Shown here piece by piece: positions 38,197 to 47,784 of a stretch of DNA of 64,000 nt. Position 1 is the first letter of the stretch, and each line of letters opens with the position of its first letter. Under the pieces are notes generated by a model, which was given only the letters and a program-made list of their open reading frames with translations, was not told where the DNA came from and did no database searches. Source of the stretch: Nitrospirota bacterium (GTDB lineage: Bacteria > Nitrospirota > UBA9217); NCBI GenBank assembly GCA_963751455.1, contig CAVVUN010000002.1, positions 32,001 to 96,000 on the forward strand, written 5' to 3'. Position numbers and translations under genes: made by a program.

Positions 38197-39786
38197 ATGA
38201 ATTTTAGCAATCAGCAAAAGCAGTGGAAAAGCTTAGCATGGCGGTTCTTGACAGTTTCAATGCTTCTCATCCTCACCATCCTCTTTGTAAGCGGCTGTTC
38301 AGATAATGATGATAACGGCACGCCGGCCACTTCGCTAGTGTCAATCAGTATCACTCCTTTAAACCCGAGCATTGTCGGCGGAACAAAAAAGTTTACGGCA
38401 ACGGGTACTTATTCCGACAACACCACACAGGACCTGAGCGCAACTGCCACATGGAGTTCCTCGAATACGAGCGTTGCGACGATCAGCAAGGGATTTGCCA
38501 CAGTGATCTCCGCCGGAACAACAACCATTACTGCGACCAGTGGATCTATTTCGAACGCGACAAGTCTTACGGTTACTGCGGAGAGCTCTGGTCTGACTTC
38601 TTTGATTACGACCACCGCCCTGCATGACATGATAGTAAGCGGGGTCGTAAATACTACAGGAACGAACCGTGTAGTGATCCTTGACATCACGACTGCGACA
38701 ACATATTCTGCAGGCCATATCTCCGGCGCACTTTATTGTAGCGGCACCGGAAGCATTATGGAGACACGTAAGGAAGGGCCGGCTAAAGATATTAATATGG
38801 TTCCAACCGGCGCCACGGTGGATGCGTTCATTCAGAAATATGGAATAGACGGGAACACTACCATTGTCTTGACGAGCGGCGATACCACCGAGGTTCAAGC
38901 TAAAGCGGCATCAGCAATGCTCAATGTGACAAGGACGTACTTCACATTGAGATACTGGGGCTTCCCCAAGGAAAAGCTCAAGGTCGTTGATGGACTTAAT
39001 TTTGCTTACAAAGCGTATCATTCTGGATATTGGATAACAGGCCCGACGTCGCCCACAGTTACACCATCCACCTATAGCGTAAAAAATAACGCTTCGCTTC
39101 GGACAGATCTCAGATCTTCGTTCAGTGATATGATCGCGGCGGCAGAAGCGGGCACTGACGCAATTATTGACATGAGAAGCGCATCCACGGCCGGATCGTA
39201 CGCAGGCGTAAAGGGCTCAACGGCAGGAGCGTTTAGCCCGGGTTCAGACTATACCGTTTTCGAGGGCCGTGTAAAGGGCGCACAAGCCATGGATTACAAG
39301 ACCGAACTTCTCGATTCATCTCTGCACTATCGTTTCCTGGCTAGCAATACGCTTGCCACTAAGTTTGGTAATTTAGGCTCGTCTTCCACAAAGCGCACCC
39401 ATGTTTACTGAAGGACCGGAGTGATCGCCAGTTCGGCGTTCTTCGTTCTTGATGGTATATTGGGTTGGCCGGTTTCGGATTATGATGGATCGTGGAGCCA
39501 GTGGGGACAGATGTCGAATTCAAGTGGAAACGGCGGGAAACTCACTTCCAATACGTGGGCCACAGACATGTCGACCCGCAGTGAAAATATAATTTACACT
39601 TTTCCCACCTTTTCAGTGGAACTGCTTACAGTCGATGGCACGGCCTGTTCAGGCAGCCTGCTTCCTGACGGCAATTCAACATACACTCCAACAGGCTGTG
39701 AGACTTCATATCCGCCCGACTCAACTTCGGCTTCAGGAAACCAGATCGAAGAAGAGGATGCAGCCTACTGTAACACAAAGCTGTGA
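38197..39786 (+). CDS. Probable selenocysteine-containing tandem rhodanese lipoprotein with Ig-like (Big_2) domain, ExtH-like, 529 aa
   Basis: Lipobox VSGC; Big_2 (ATWSSSNTSVATI); rhodanese GHISGA, YFTLRYWG; in-frame TGA at 39409 gives THVY-U-RTG followed by YDGSWSQWG. Confidence 0.85.
39412..39450 (+). promoter_or_regulatory. Putative bacterial SECIS hairpin
   Basis: Directly 3' of the TGA: agga/ttct, cgga/ttcg and ga/tc pairings; apical cgcc-agttc-ggcg with G in the loop. Confidence 0.7.
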
Positions 39787-39806
39787 GATATTGTTCCAAG
39801 GATCGG

Positions 39807-39843
39807 AAAGGGCTTAGAGGAAAACCTCTAAGCCCTTTTTTTT
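39807..39843 (+). terminator. Intrinsic terminator
   Basis: aaagggcttagagg-aaaa-cctctaagcccttt followed by a T-run. Confidence 0.9.
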
Positions 39844-40100
39844 GAGAGGCGTGCGCGTATATTTAAATAATATTCCCTTCCTTGTTGCGTCCTTTGCAGT
39901 ATATAAAGATACTCATCCTTTCTTCCCATTTACCTTTTATATTCGCAGTGCTACAGTTTTAATTATAAAAGGGGCAGAGAATTTCACAAGTTTTCAGATT
40001 CGGTAACAGTATGCCTTATTCGTGAGGAGAGAGAGCAAGCCTCAAGCTCAAGCTTTTTTGGAGCGGAGGTACCCACGGAGGAAAAGGAAGGAGGACAGAT

Positions 40101-40956
40101 ATGAGAAAAATTATCAGCAGCGTGGTCATGCTCACCTTTGCCGTAATGTTTATTTTCGGCGTCTGTCGCAGCATACGGACAGGAGACGTTATCAGGCGGA
40201 GGTTTCCGGCCTCTTCAGCATGATAGATGAACTATTGATACCACAGCCATAGGCGTTTCAGGGGAATATTTTTTCCAGCCCGTTAACACCCGAGACCATC
40301 CCTACAGAGAGGCGGCATTCCTGGAGCGTATCGGAAGCGGCATCCTGACCTTACAGAACATCGACATAGACACATGTAGGAGACGGGCCGCGGTTTGGCG
40401 TCGGCCTAAATTATGCAAAGCCCGGCTTTCCTTTTGTTTTCAGAGCCGATTATTCAGATCGGATATAGATCTTGATTCGGGAGGCAGCACGAAGGACAAC
40501 GACATTCGTCTCAGGGCCGGCAATTACTTTATGGACGGTCTTCTTGCCGGTGTAGAGTATAACAATGTGAAGACGGAAATAACCGGTTTATCGGATATAA
40601 CTGATACGGGTTACGGTGTCTTTGCAAAATATGTTGGAGACATGATGGGCAGAACCATCGGGTTGAATGGAAGCATTGGAACCGGCAAGCGCGATACCGG
40701 CAGCGCGACACTTGATAACATGAACGTTGCCGTGGCAGGCGACTACTTCTTTAACAGGGCGCTGAGCGCCGGACTCGGTCTTGCAGTCAGTACAGGGGAC
40801 GATAAAGCGAACGAAGGAACAACCTGGGCAGCGAGAGGCGATTACTTTTTTACACCACGCTATTCAGTCAGAGTAAGCTACTCCATGTTCAGCGCCGATA
40901 ATTCCGGTTTTGAAGATGAAAACGCGCTGGATGCGGTCTTGGCAGCACGGTTCTAA
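40101..40956 (+). pseudogene. Outer-membrane beta-barrel porin (Porin_7-like), several frameshifts (pseudogene or assembly error)
   Basis: RBS ggagg; signal peptide MRKIISSVVML; fragments YQAEVSG and EYFFQPVNTRDHPYREAAFLER; C-terminal ...LAARF. Confidence 0.7.
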
Positions 40957-40980
40957 CCGGACTCTAGAGTACCGGAAATG

Positions 40981-41020
40981 AAAGCCGTTAGAGGTGCATC
41001 TCTAACGGCTTTTCTTTTTT
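40981..41020 (+). terminator. Intrinsic terminator
   Basis: aaagccgttagag-gtgcat-ctctaacggcttt followed by a T-run. Confidence 0.88.
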
Positions 41021-41318
41021 AAAACCGTTCTTCGGAAAATTGGGGTGTCTTCGCTCAACCTCGGATAGATTTGGAGAAATCATCGCGCAGCTCTTGGCAT
41101 TTAATAATTTTGCATTTTTCAATTTGCAATATGCATTTTGCAATAAGTTTTCCAAACAACCAGTTTGTCGCTCATATCCGCCCCACTTTTCTCCCCATTT
41201 TTTTGTTGCAATTATTTACAACATACTGTACAGTTGCCATGGTTTCTAATAAGGGCTCATCGAGCGAGATCGGCATCTTTGGATCCTGTCAGAATAAAAC
41301 ATATTCAGGAGGGATCGG

Positions 41319-41516
41319 ATGAACTGCTGGGAATTAAAAAAATGTTTGCAAGCTACATATGAAGCTTGCCCTGCGTATCCGGACCGCGGGCTGGACTGCT
41401 GGAAAGTTACCGGAACGAAATGCGAGAAGGGCACAATAGAAAAGGCTACGAGTCTTGAAAAAATCGCACACTGCCGCACCTGCGATTTTTACCAGCAGTA
41501 CGCGCACAAATTCTAA
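41319..41516 (+). CDS. Two-CW domain Cys-rich small protein
   Basis: MNCWELKKC..CPAY..CWKVTGTKC..CRTCDFY; RBS aggagg. Confidence 0.8.
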   Translation: MNCWELKKCLQATYEACPAYPDRGLDCWKVTGTKCEKGTIEKATSLEKIAHCRTCDFYQQYAHKF

Positions 41517-41956
41517 GAGCCCCATTAAAAAATATTCAACTGTTTTTGCGAATCCCGAGTTACTTCAGGATAAACTGCGCGAAGTAATCCAGTTTTCACA
41601 AAAATAGAAAATCAAAAACATGTTTCGCCTCTCGACGCATACCCCAAAAATTCTCCTCCAAATCTTCTCCGGACTTCTTGCTATTTAAAGAATCTTATAG
41701 TAGGCTCTGTTTGAACGGGGCCAATCACCCGGTAAAGATTAAACCTCTCTCATCTCCTCCCCGTGCATGTCCAGATTTGGTAATACCCGAAACTGGATAT
41801 TAGTGGTTTCCAAACAGCTATTCCATGAACTGCATATTAGTCAATTTGTAAAATTAAGAAATACATATACTTGCCTGATCTATAGGCTCGGTAGAAATAA
41901 ATTCGCATTACGTCGGGCCGTCCGTAGAATAACTTGTTAATATGTGGAGGCACTGA

Positions 41957-42448
41957 ATGTTCGGCCTATCAAAAAAAGAGCAAGCATCCGAAAAACTCCA
42001 ATGCGGTACCAAGTCCATTTTAAAAAGTGGGTTCTTCTCTGCTCAATATGCTGAAGACTATGGACTTAACGAGCAAGCATCGGCTTGGCTATACACAGAA
42101 GCATTAGCTCACCAGATATATGTTCTGATAGCTATTTTTAATAATACCTTCGGAAAGAAGTACGAATGGGCTACCCCTCAGTTCATGATAAAGGCGATTA
42201 ATGAAGCCATTGTAGATTATGAAATCCAGGAAGGTTCAACGCCAGGCTCTATAAGCTCATTCATCTTCCGACGTTGCGCAGAAATGGATGCCTTGTCACC
42301 GCAAGATCGGGTCGCCGGAGAGCACTTTCGGCAATCGGCCAGTAAAGTCGCTGAATTCGATTCGCAAGCAGACCGAGCCGCTATTGCAGATAGGCTTAGC
42401 ATCGTAGCCAAGCAATATTTCGATAATGCCATAAATATGTTCAAGTAA
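41957..42448 (+). CDS. Hypothetical protein (cassette-type)
   Basis: ORF with RBS ggagg, shortly after GTTAATA. Confidence 0.7.
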   Translation: MFGLSKKEQASEKLQCGTKSILKSGFFSAQYAEDYGLNEQASAWLYTEALAHQIYVLIAIFNNTFGKKYEWATPQFMIKAINEAIVDYEIQEGSTPGSISSFIFRRCAEMDALSPQDRVAGEHFRQSASKVAEFDSQADRAAIADRLSIVAKQYFDNAINMFK

Positions 42449-42517
42449 AAAACAAGCGTAAGCCACTTCTTGTTGGTGACACACGATGTCACCTGTCCTC
42501 ATTATGAGGTTAATAAG

Positions 42518-43210
42518 ATGACATTACCTTTGACAGAGACCATCGACTGCCCTCTTTGTGGTGCAGCAATACCCTTTAGTTCATATCAGAGTGTCAATGT
42601 CACCAACGATCCGGAGCTGAAGGATAGGCTTCTCCAAAGACAGCTGAATCGTTACCGGTGCCGCAATTGCGGCCGTGAAGGTGAGGTCATCCATGACTGC
42701 CTCTACCACGATATGAAATCTAAAACACTGATCTGGCTTAAGCTACCGGACGATGGTATGAACTTGGCTATCGATTCCTCTGCTAACGTATTCATTGGGT
42801 TAACCGAAGACTATCGTTTTCGGCTGGTCGGGTCACTGGACGAATTAATAGAGAAAGTAAAAATTTTCGATGACGGCTACGATGATATTACTATGGCGAT
42901 CTTCACGTTCATGATAAGCGTTGGAAAGCATATCGACACCACTAAGCGTTTATTTTACTACCGTACGCGTAATCCATTTATAGGTAAAAAACAAATTGAA
43001 TTCGTCGAGGTCAACAGTGACGGCTTGCATTTTTACCGATATCCACTACAGCCAATATTCACAAATGCAGCCACCTTCGGACCACAGATTCGTCAATACA
43101 TCACGCGGCGTGGTCACTGGCTGCATGTTAATCCGAGCGTTATCACTAAAGCCTTGGAACAGGCTGGCTTAATACGTCGAGTACTTTTAGAAACAGATAG
43201 CTTAGAGTAG
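42518..43210 (+). CDS. CpXC domain protein
   Basis: CPLCG..SVNVTNDPELKDRLL..CRNCG..LYHD. Confidence 0.8.
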   Translation: MTLPLTETIDCPLCGAAIPFSSYQSVNVTNDPELKDRLLQRQLNRYRCRNCGREGEVIHDCLYHDMKSKTLIWLKLPDDGMNLAIDSSANVFIGLTEDYRFRLVGSLDELIEKVKIFDDGYDDITMAIFTFMISVGKHIDTTKRLFYYRTRNPFIGKKQIEFVEVNSDGLHFYRYPLQPIFTNAATFGPQIRQYITRRGHWLHVNPSVITKALEQAGLIRRVLLETDSLE

Positions 43211-43250
43211 GGGTAGGTCGGGTAGAGCAAAGCGAAACCCGATGCTGTGA

Positions 43251-43310
43251 TTTCAACATGCGCGTCCACATCGACTCGCCAAAGATCGGCGAGTGACGCG
43301 CGTGTTTAGT
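43251..43310 (+). other. attC recombination site
   Basis: TTTCAAC-atgcgcgtc-cacatcgactcgcc aaagatc ggcgagt-gacgcgcgt-GTTTAGT; 60-bp imperfect palindrome. Confidence 0.75.
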
Positions 43311-43413
43311 CATCAAAAATAATAATGCCAATTCCCGAATCACAACAATTGAACGATGGGTTGGTTAGAGACAACCTCACTGGTCCTTTTGAGTTTGTCA
43401 CCAAGGATATCGA

Positions 43414-43881
43414 TTGCTGAATGTTTTCGTAGATGCTGACGCATGCCCTGTAAAACAAGAGGTCTACCGGGTTGCAGCCAGGTATCATATAGGTGTCACC
43501 TTGGTTGCCAACTCCTGGATGCGCGTGCCCACAGAGGATGGAATCGTACTTCAAGTTGTCGGCAATGGGTTAGATGAGGCCGATAACTGGGTTGCTGCCA
43601 ATGTCACTCCCCACGACATCGTGATCACGGCTGATATTCTTCTAGCGAGCCGATGCATCAAGGCTGGTGCGCACACAATCGGCCCAACGGGGAAGGCCTT
43701 CACCGAGGAAAACATCGGAGATGCTGTCGCAACTCGTAACCTGCTTGCAGAGCTGCGTGGGAACGGCGAGATCACGGGGGGGCCGGCTCCCTTCTCCAAG
43801 CGCGACAGGTCAAGTTTTTTGCAGAAACTGGACCAGGTGATTCAGATGGTTCGGCGCGAATATCCCAGCAAAGTCGGTTAG
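43414..43881 (+). CDS. YaiI/YqxD (UPF0178) family protein
   Basis: FVDADACPVK, DIVITADILLA and GGPAPFSKRDRSSF. Confidence 0.92.
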   Translation: MLNVFVDADACPVKQEVYRVAARYHIGVTLVANSWMRVPTEDGIVLQVVGNGLDEADNWVAANVTPHDIVITADILLASRCIKAGAHTIGPTGKAFTEENIGDAVATRNLLAELRGNGEITGGPAPFSKRDRSSFLQKLDQVIQMVRREYPSKVG

Positions 43882-43976
43882 CGGTGTGCCGGGGATCACG
43901 CTCAAATCCCTTTGCCAACTTTATTTTATGTTACCGTAAGTCGTTCCGATAATAACTTGTTGATCCAGACAAAGAC

Positions 43977-44981
43977 ATGCATAAAATACCAATAATGCAT
44001 AACCGCGAATCGGATGTTGACAGTATCCTTCGCAGGCAACTTTCCAAAGAAGGCTTCCGCATATTACCTAAGGTTCGCGTCGCAGACGTCATTGCAAAGG
44101 ATGCAAGCGATAAATTATCACAGAGGGAATTTGACTATTACACGAGATCGCACTTCGATTTTCTCGTAACGCGGAACAATATGCCCGTCTTTGCAGTCGA
44201 ATTTGATGGCGCACATCACTTTGTTGACGATCGCAGCATCGAGAACGACGTTATCAAAAACAGGCTCTGCAAAGAGGCTGGTTTACCTCTCCTACGTATC
44301 ACATCAACCGAGGTTGAGGAGAATGACAGAATTACTTTGCTAGATTATATGTTGATGCGCTACGTGTCTTGGGGAAAGGAATATCCCAAGATAATCGAAG
44401 AAATCAAAGAAATTGCTGGCTCTCTCTCGCCCGATAGTGACCCTGCAGATTTTGCAATCGATCTTGATCCTGCATTCCACTTCGACCTAAAACACCCGTT
44501 CCCACCCCGTGATCGGATATTGGAGCGTCTCTGGAGAAATCATAAAATCGCATGGACTATGACAAGATCTGACAGGCAACGCAATGCGGAATATCTGTGT
44601 GACATTGTATATGGTCGGTCGGGCCAACTGAAGAATGATCAATTTCACACCTGTACAAGATGCGCGATATTATGGCAGAGGTCTGGAAAGCCTGATGCTC
44701 CACTCCAATCTGAGGAAGTTACGGTAAGCTTACGTTCGTGGTTGCCTCTTCTTACTGAGGTGCCAGCCCCAGATGTTTGGAATTTCAAAGACAAGAACGG
44801 CAATGCCATAGATCCGACTAAATTACTTGAGCAGTTCAAGTCACGCATTGCATCCATGTGGTTTCCTGACCTGCCTGGACTTAGCGCGTGGGATATTACT
44901 GAAAATTACAGCGAGTATCTAGGATTTCGCGCGATAGAACGCTGGGCAAGAAAAAATAATATCAACGGTTGGCTTCAATAA
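43977..44981 (+). CDS. DUF2726 domain protein (Vsr / PD-(D/E)XK-like nuclease fold) with C-terminal extension
   Basis: PKVRVADVI, HFDFLV, AVEFDGAHH and KNRLCKEAGLPLLRI. Confidence 0.78.
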   Translation: MHKIPIMHNRESDVDSILRRQLSKEGFRILPKVRVADVIAKDASDKLSQREFDYYTRSHFDFLVTRNNMPVFAVEFDGAHHFVDDRSIENDVIKNRLCKEAGLPLLRITSTEVEENDRITLLDYMLMRYVSWGKEYPKIIEEIKEIAGSLSPDSDPADFAIDLDPAFHFDLKHPFPPRDRILERLWRNHKIAWTMTRSDRQRNAEYLCDIVYGRSGQLKNDQFHTCTRCAILWQRSGKPDAPLQSEEVTVSLRSWLPLLTEVPAPDVWNFKDKNGNAIDPTKLLEQFKSRIASMWFPDLPGLSAWDITENYSEYLGFRAIERWARKNNINGWLQ

Positions 44982-45039
44982 GGCTCGAGCAACATTCGAT
45001 AAACATTTTGCTACGAGTAAGGGAATTTAAGGCTAACGC

Positions 45040-45729
45040 ATGGAGATTGACATTAAGAAACTTTTGGCTCCCCGGATAAAAAAGCATTGTTTATCATTAT
45101 ATCAGTCCGGGGAATACAAACATGCATCACGAGAAGCAATGGTTCAGGTCGAGCTGGCGCTGCGCGAAAGGGGCCGCTTGGGCTCAGAGTCTTTCGGTAA
45201 AGGTTTAATTCAGCGGCTATTCAAAGGTCATCAGGGTGTCCTTCTCAGGGTACCTTTAGGTGACGATTTGCAAGAAGTGGCGCAGAAATACTTTGAAGGT
45301 GTCTTCTCATACTACAGAAACTATACAGCACACGATGGTGCTCGTATTGATGAGCTGTCCTCGCTCAGAATCTTGGTTGTCGCGTCAGAACTTTTAGAAA
45401 TGCTGAATGCATCCGCACTCACTATTTCAGATCGAGGAGGAATCGAAGGGATAGTTCGGCTAGTGAATTGCGGAACCTCACAGAGGCTTTTGGAACTATT
45501 GCGCCTGCTTGACGGCTATTGGATGCCAGAACTTACTTATGATGGGTTATTCGAAGATCTTTATAAGAGTGGGTTCAACGATGATCATCTTGAATCAATT
45601 ATAGAAATCGGATTAATCGAAATGAGCAAATTTACCGGCGAGGACCCGTGGAACGAGAAACCCGAAACTATGGAACGTTTTAATCTAACTGAGCTTGGTC
45701 GTCAAGTCTTAAAAAATATGAGTTCATAA
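45040..45729 (+). CDS. TIGR02391 (Ymh-like HEPN) family protein
   Basis: CLSLYQSGEYKHASREAMVQVE..GKGLIQRLF..FEGVFSYYRNYTAH. Confidence 0.75.
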   Translation: MEIDIKKLLAPRIKKHCLSLYQSGEYKHASREAMVQVELALRERGRLGSESFGKGLIQRLFKGHQGVLLRVPLGDDLQEVAQKYFEGVFSYYRNYTAHDGARIDELSSLRILVVASELLEMLNASALTISDRGGIEGIVRLVNCGTSQRLLELLRLLDGYWMPELTYDGLFEDLYKSGFNDDHLESIIEIGLIEMSKFTGEDPWNEKPETMERFNLTELGRQVLKNMSS

Positions 45730-45740
45730 ACTCGAAGTGA

Positions 45741-45797
45741 TCTCAACCAGGCGGTCAACATCGACTCGCCTTGCGGCGAGTTACCGCCGCGTTAGAT
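45741..45797 (+). other. attC recombination site
   Basis: TCTCAAC-caggcggtcaacatcgactcgcc ttgc ggcgagttaccgccgc-GTTAGAT. Confidence 0.85.
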
Positions 45798-45802
45798 TGA
45801 AA

Positions 45803-47662
45803 ATGAAAAAACTACTCAGCGAAACGCATCCGGAACTCAAAAAAGAATGGCATCCTACCGTAAATAGTAATTTTCGGTATGAAGATGCTTTTACCAGGTC
45901 GCATCGTGTTGTTTGGTGGATTTGTAAGAAAAATCCTAGCCACACATGGCAAGCAAAAATCATAAACCGTTCTATAAAAGGATATGGCTGTCTTTATTGT
46001 GCTGGGCGATTAGTCTCTCCAGAAAGATCATTAGCTGCTTTGTATCCCGAAGTAGCTGCAGAATGGCACCCCGCAAAAAATGAAAATCTGTCACCTGATA
46101 AGGTTGCTCCATTCAGTAATAAAAAAGCCTGGTGGAAATGCAAGTCTGGCCATGAATGGCATTCTTCGATTCAACATAGAACTAAAGAGCATACGAGATG
46201 CAAGCAATGTCGTATTGCCGAACGCTCTCTCATAAATACCCATCCAGATATTGCAAACGAGTGGCATCCGACAAAAAACTTGTCTTTGACGGTAAATGAT
46301 GTTACCCACGGAATGAGCAAGACTGTTTGGTGGAAATGTCGAGAAGGTCATGTGTGGCAGGCTAAAGTTTCGAGTCGTGCTGATGATAAAACGGGGTGTC
46401 TGAAATGTAACATAGCATCACGCAAAAACAAAAGCCGATATGTACCAATAACTGAGGCAATGCCAGAGTTAGCCAAGCAATGGCATCCGACCAAGAATCT
46501 TCCTCTGATGCCAAATCAAGTATTGCCAGGTTCTTCTAAGATGATCTGGTGGATTTGCCCACGGAATGCTGTGCATGTCTGGCATGCCTCCGCAAATAAT
46601 AGAAGAAAAGGGCGTGGTTGTCCATACTGTAGCAGACGGCCAAGCTTTGCGGAAAGATTTCCTGATTTGGCGAAAGAATGGCACCCAACAAAGAACGGTG
46701 ATCTGAAGCCGACAGATGTTTTATCCGGAAGCGCTCGGCGGGTTTGGTGGCGCTGTTTAAAAGATCCAACATATGAGTGGCAATCTACGGTAACTAATAG
46801 AACTCATAGCAAAGGGCGTCAAAAAATATGCCCTCATTGTTCAGGATATGCTGTTACGGAAAAAACAAATCTCGCAATTAACCATCCGCTAATTGCAAAG
46901 GAATGGCACCCGACAAAAAATTCGGGGTTGACCCCTAGTCAAGTAACTAGAGCAAGCGCTAAAAAAGTGTGGTGGGTATGCAGTATAAACCCTGAACATG
47001 AATGGTTAGCCCAAATTAAAAACCGAACGATTCTGGGAACTGGCTGTCCAATCTGTGAGGGTGAAAACAAAATTAAAAGAGTTTATGAGGCTCTATATGC
47101 ATCTGCGCAAGACAATTATGATTTTTTAAAGACATTTACAAAAGAGCTTTCGAATATAAGGCGACTGTTGAAGCATAGGTTGCTAAATGACTTATACGTT
47201 AAGCAACCGGTATTAAGAATGATATATGCTGCTGCAATAACAGCGATGGAAACCTATTTATGCGATGCTTTCTTTCACAAGGTAACAACAAATGATCTCC
47301 TAATCGAAAAATTTCTAAAGTCAGTACCGGAATTTAAAGAGCGAAAATATGCAGTAACAGATATTCTTGATTGGAAAAATCAGATACACAAAAAAGTGAG
47401 TGAATATCTTTTAGATATTGTCTGGCATAACTTAGCGCGGGTTCAGATACTTTACGAAAATGTGCTTGAAATTAAATTTCCGGACAGGATTGATCATATT
47501 CATCGTGGGATTGCGATTCGTCATGATATTGTCCATCGAAATGGCAGGACAAAGACAGGCAAATTCCATGGCTTGAAAGTACTTGAAATCGAGATACTCC
47601 TTAAATCACTTGAAGACTTCATTACCGATATTGACAAGCAATTAAAATCTATCGCGCGATAA
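45803..47662 (+). CDS. Six tandem zinc-ribbon (DUF4379-like) repeats fused to a C-terminal HEPN domain
   Basis: Six P..A.EWHP.KN...WW.C...H.W......R.....C..C units; ITAMETYLCDAF and IRHDIVHRNG (RxxxxH). Confidence 0.82.
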   Translation: MKKLLSETHPELKKEWHPTVNSNFRYEDAFTRSHRVVWWICKKNPSHTWQAKIINRSIKGYGCLYCAGRLVSPERSLAALYPEVAAEWHPAKNENLSPDKVAPFSNKKAWWKCKSGHEWHSSIQHRTKEHTRCKQCRIAERSLINTHPDIANEWHPTKNLSLTVNDVTHGMSKTVWWKCREGHVWQAKVSSRADDKTGCLKCNIASRKNKSRYVPITEAMPELAKQWHPTKNLPLMPNQVLPGSSKMIWWICPRNAVHVWHASANNRRKGRGCPYCSRRPSFAERFPDLAKEWHPTKNGDLKPTDVLSGSARRVWWRCLKDPTYEWQSTVTNRTHSKGRQKICPHCSGYAVTEKTNLAINHPLIAKEWHPTKNSGLTPSQVTRASAKKVWWVCSINPEHEWLAQIKNRTILGTGCPICEGENKIKRVYEALYASAQDNYDFLKTFTKELSNIRRLLKHRLLNDLYVKQPVLRMIYAAAITAMETYLCDAFFHKVTTNDLLIEKFLKSVPEFKERKYAVTDILDWKNQIHKKVSEYLLDIVWHNLARVQILYENVLEIKFPDRIDHIHRGIAIRHDIVHRNGRTKTGKFHGLKVLEIEILLKSLEDFITDIDKQLKSIAR

Positions 47663-47702
47663 TCTAAATGACAATTCCAGAACAACTATACAAAAAGATC
47701 GG

Positions 47703-47761
47703 TTCTAACCTGCGCCTCGACAGCGACGCGCCAAAGGCGGCGCGTCAGGCGCGCGTTCAAA
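47703..47761 (+). other. attC recombination site
   Basis: TTCTAAC-ctgcgcctcgacagcgacgcgcc aaaggc ggcgcgtcaggcgcgc-GTTCAAA. Confidence 0.8.
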
Positions 47762-47784
47762 CTGTAAAATTAAGGAAAAAAACC

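Noticed and set aside
42449-42515. Possible attC between the first two cassette ORFs
   Set aside because: Several short local palindromes and a GTTAATA, but no continuous R-L-L-R pairing that I can support; at most degenerate
43213-43242. GTAG-type REP-like hairpin (gtaggtcgggtagagcaaagcgaaacccga)
   Set aside because: Single half-copy with no RAYT transposase in the window; not enough to call a REP system
45830-47060. Regularly spaced gaatggca[ct]cc repeats resembling a CRISPR array
   Set aside because: They encode the EWHP motif of the protein repeats; spacing is about 200 nt, in frame, and no cas genes are present
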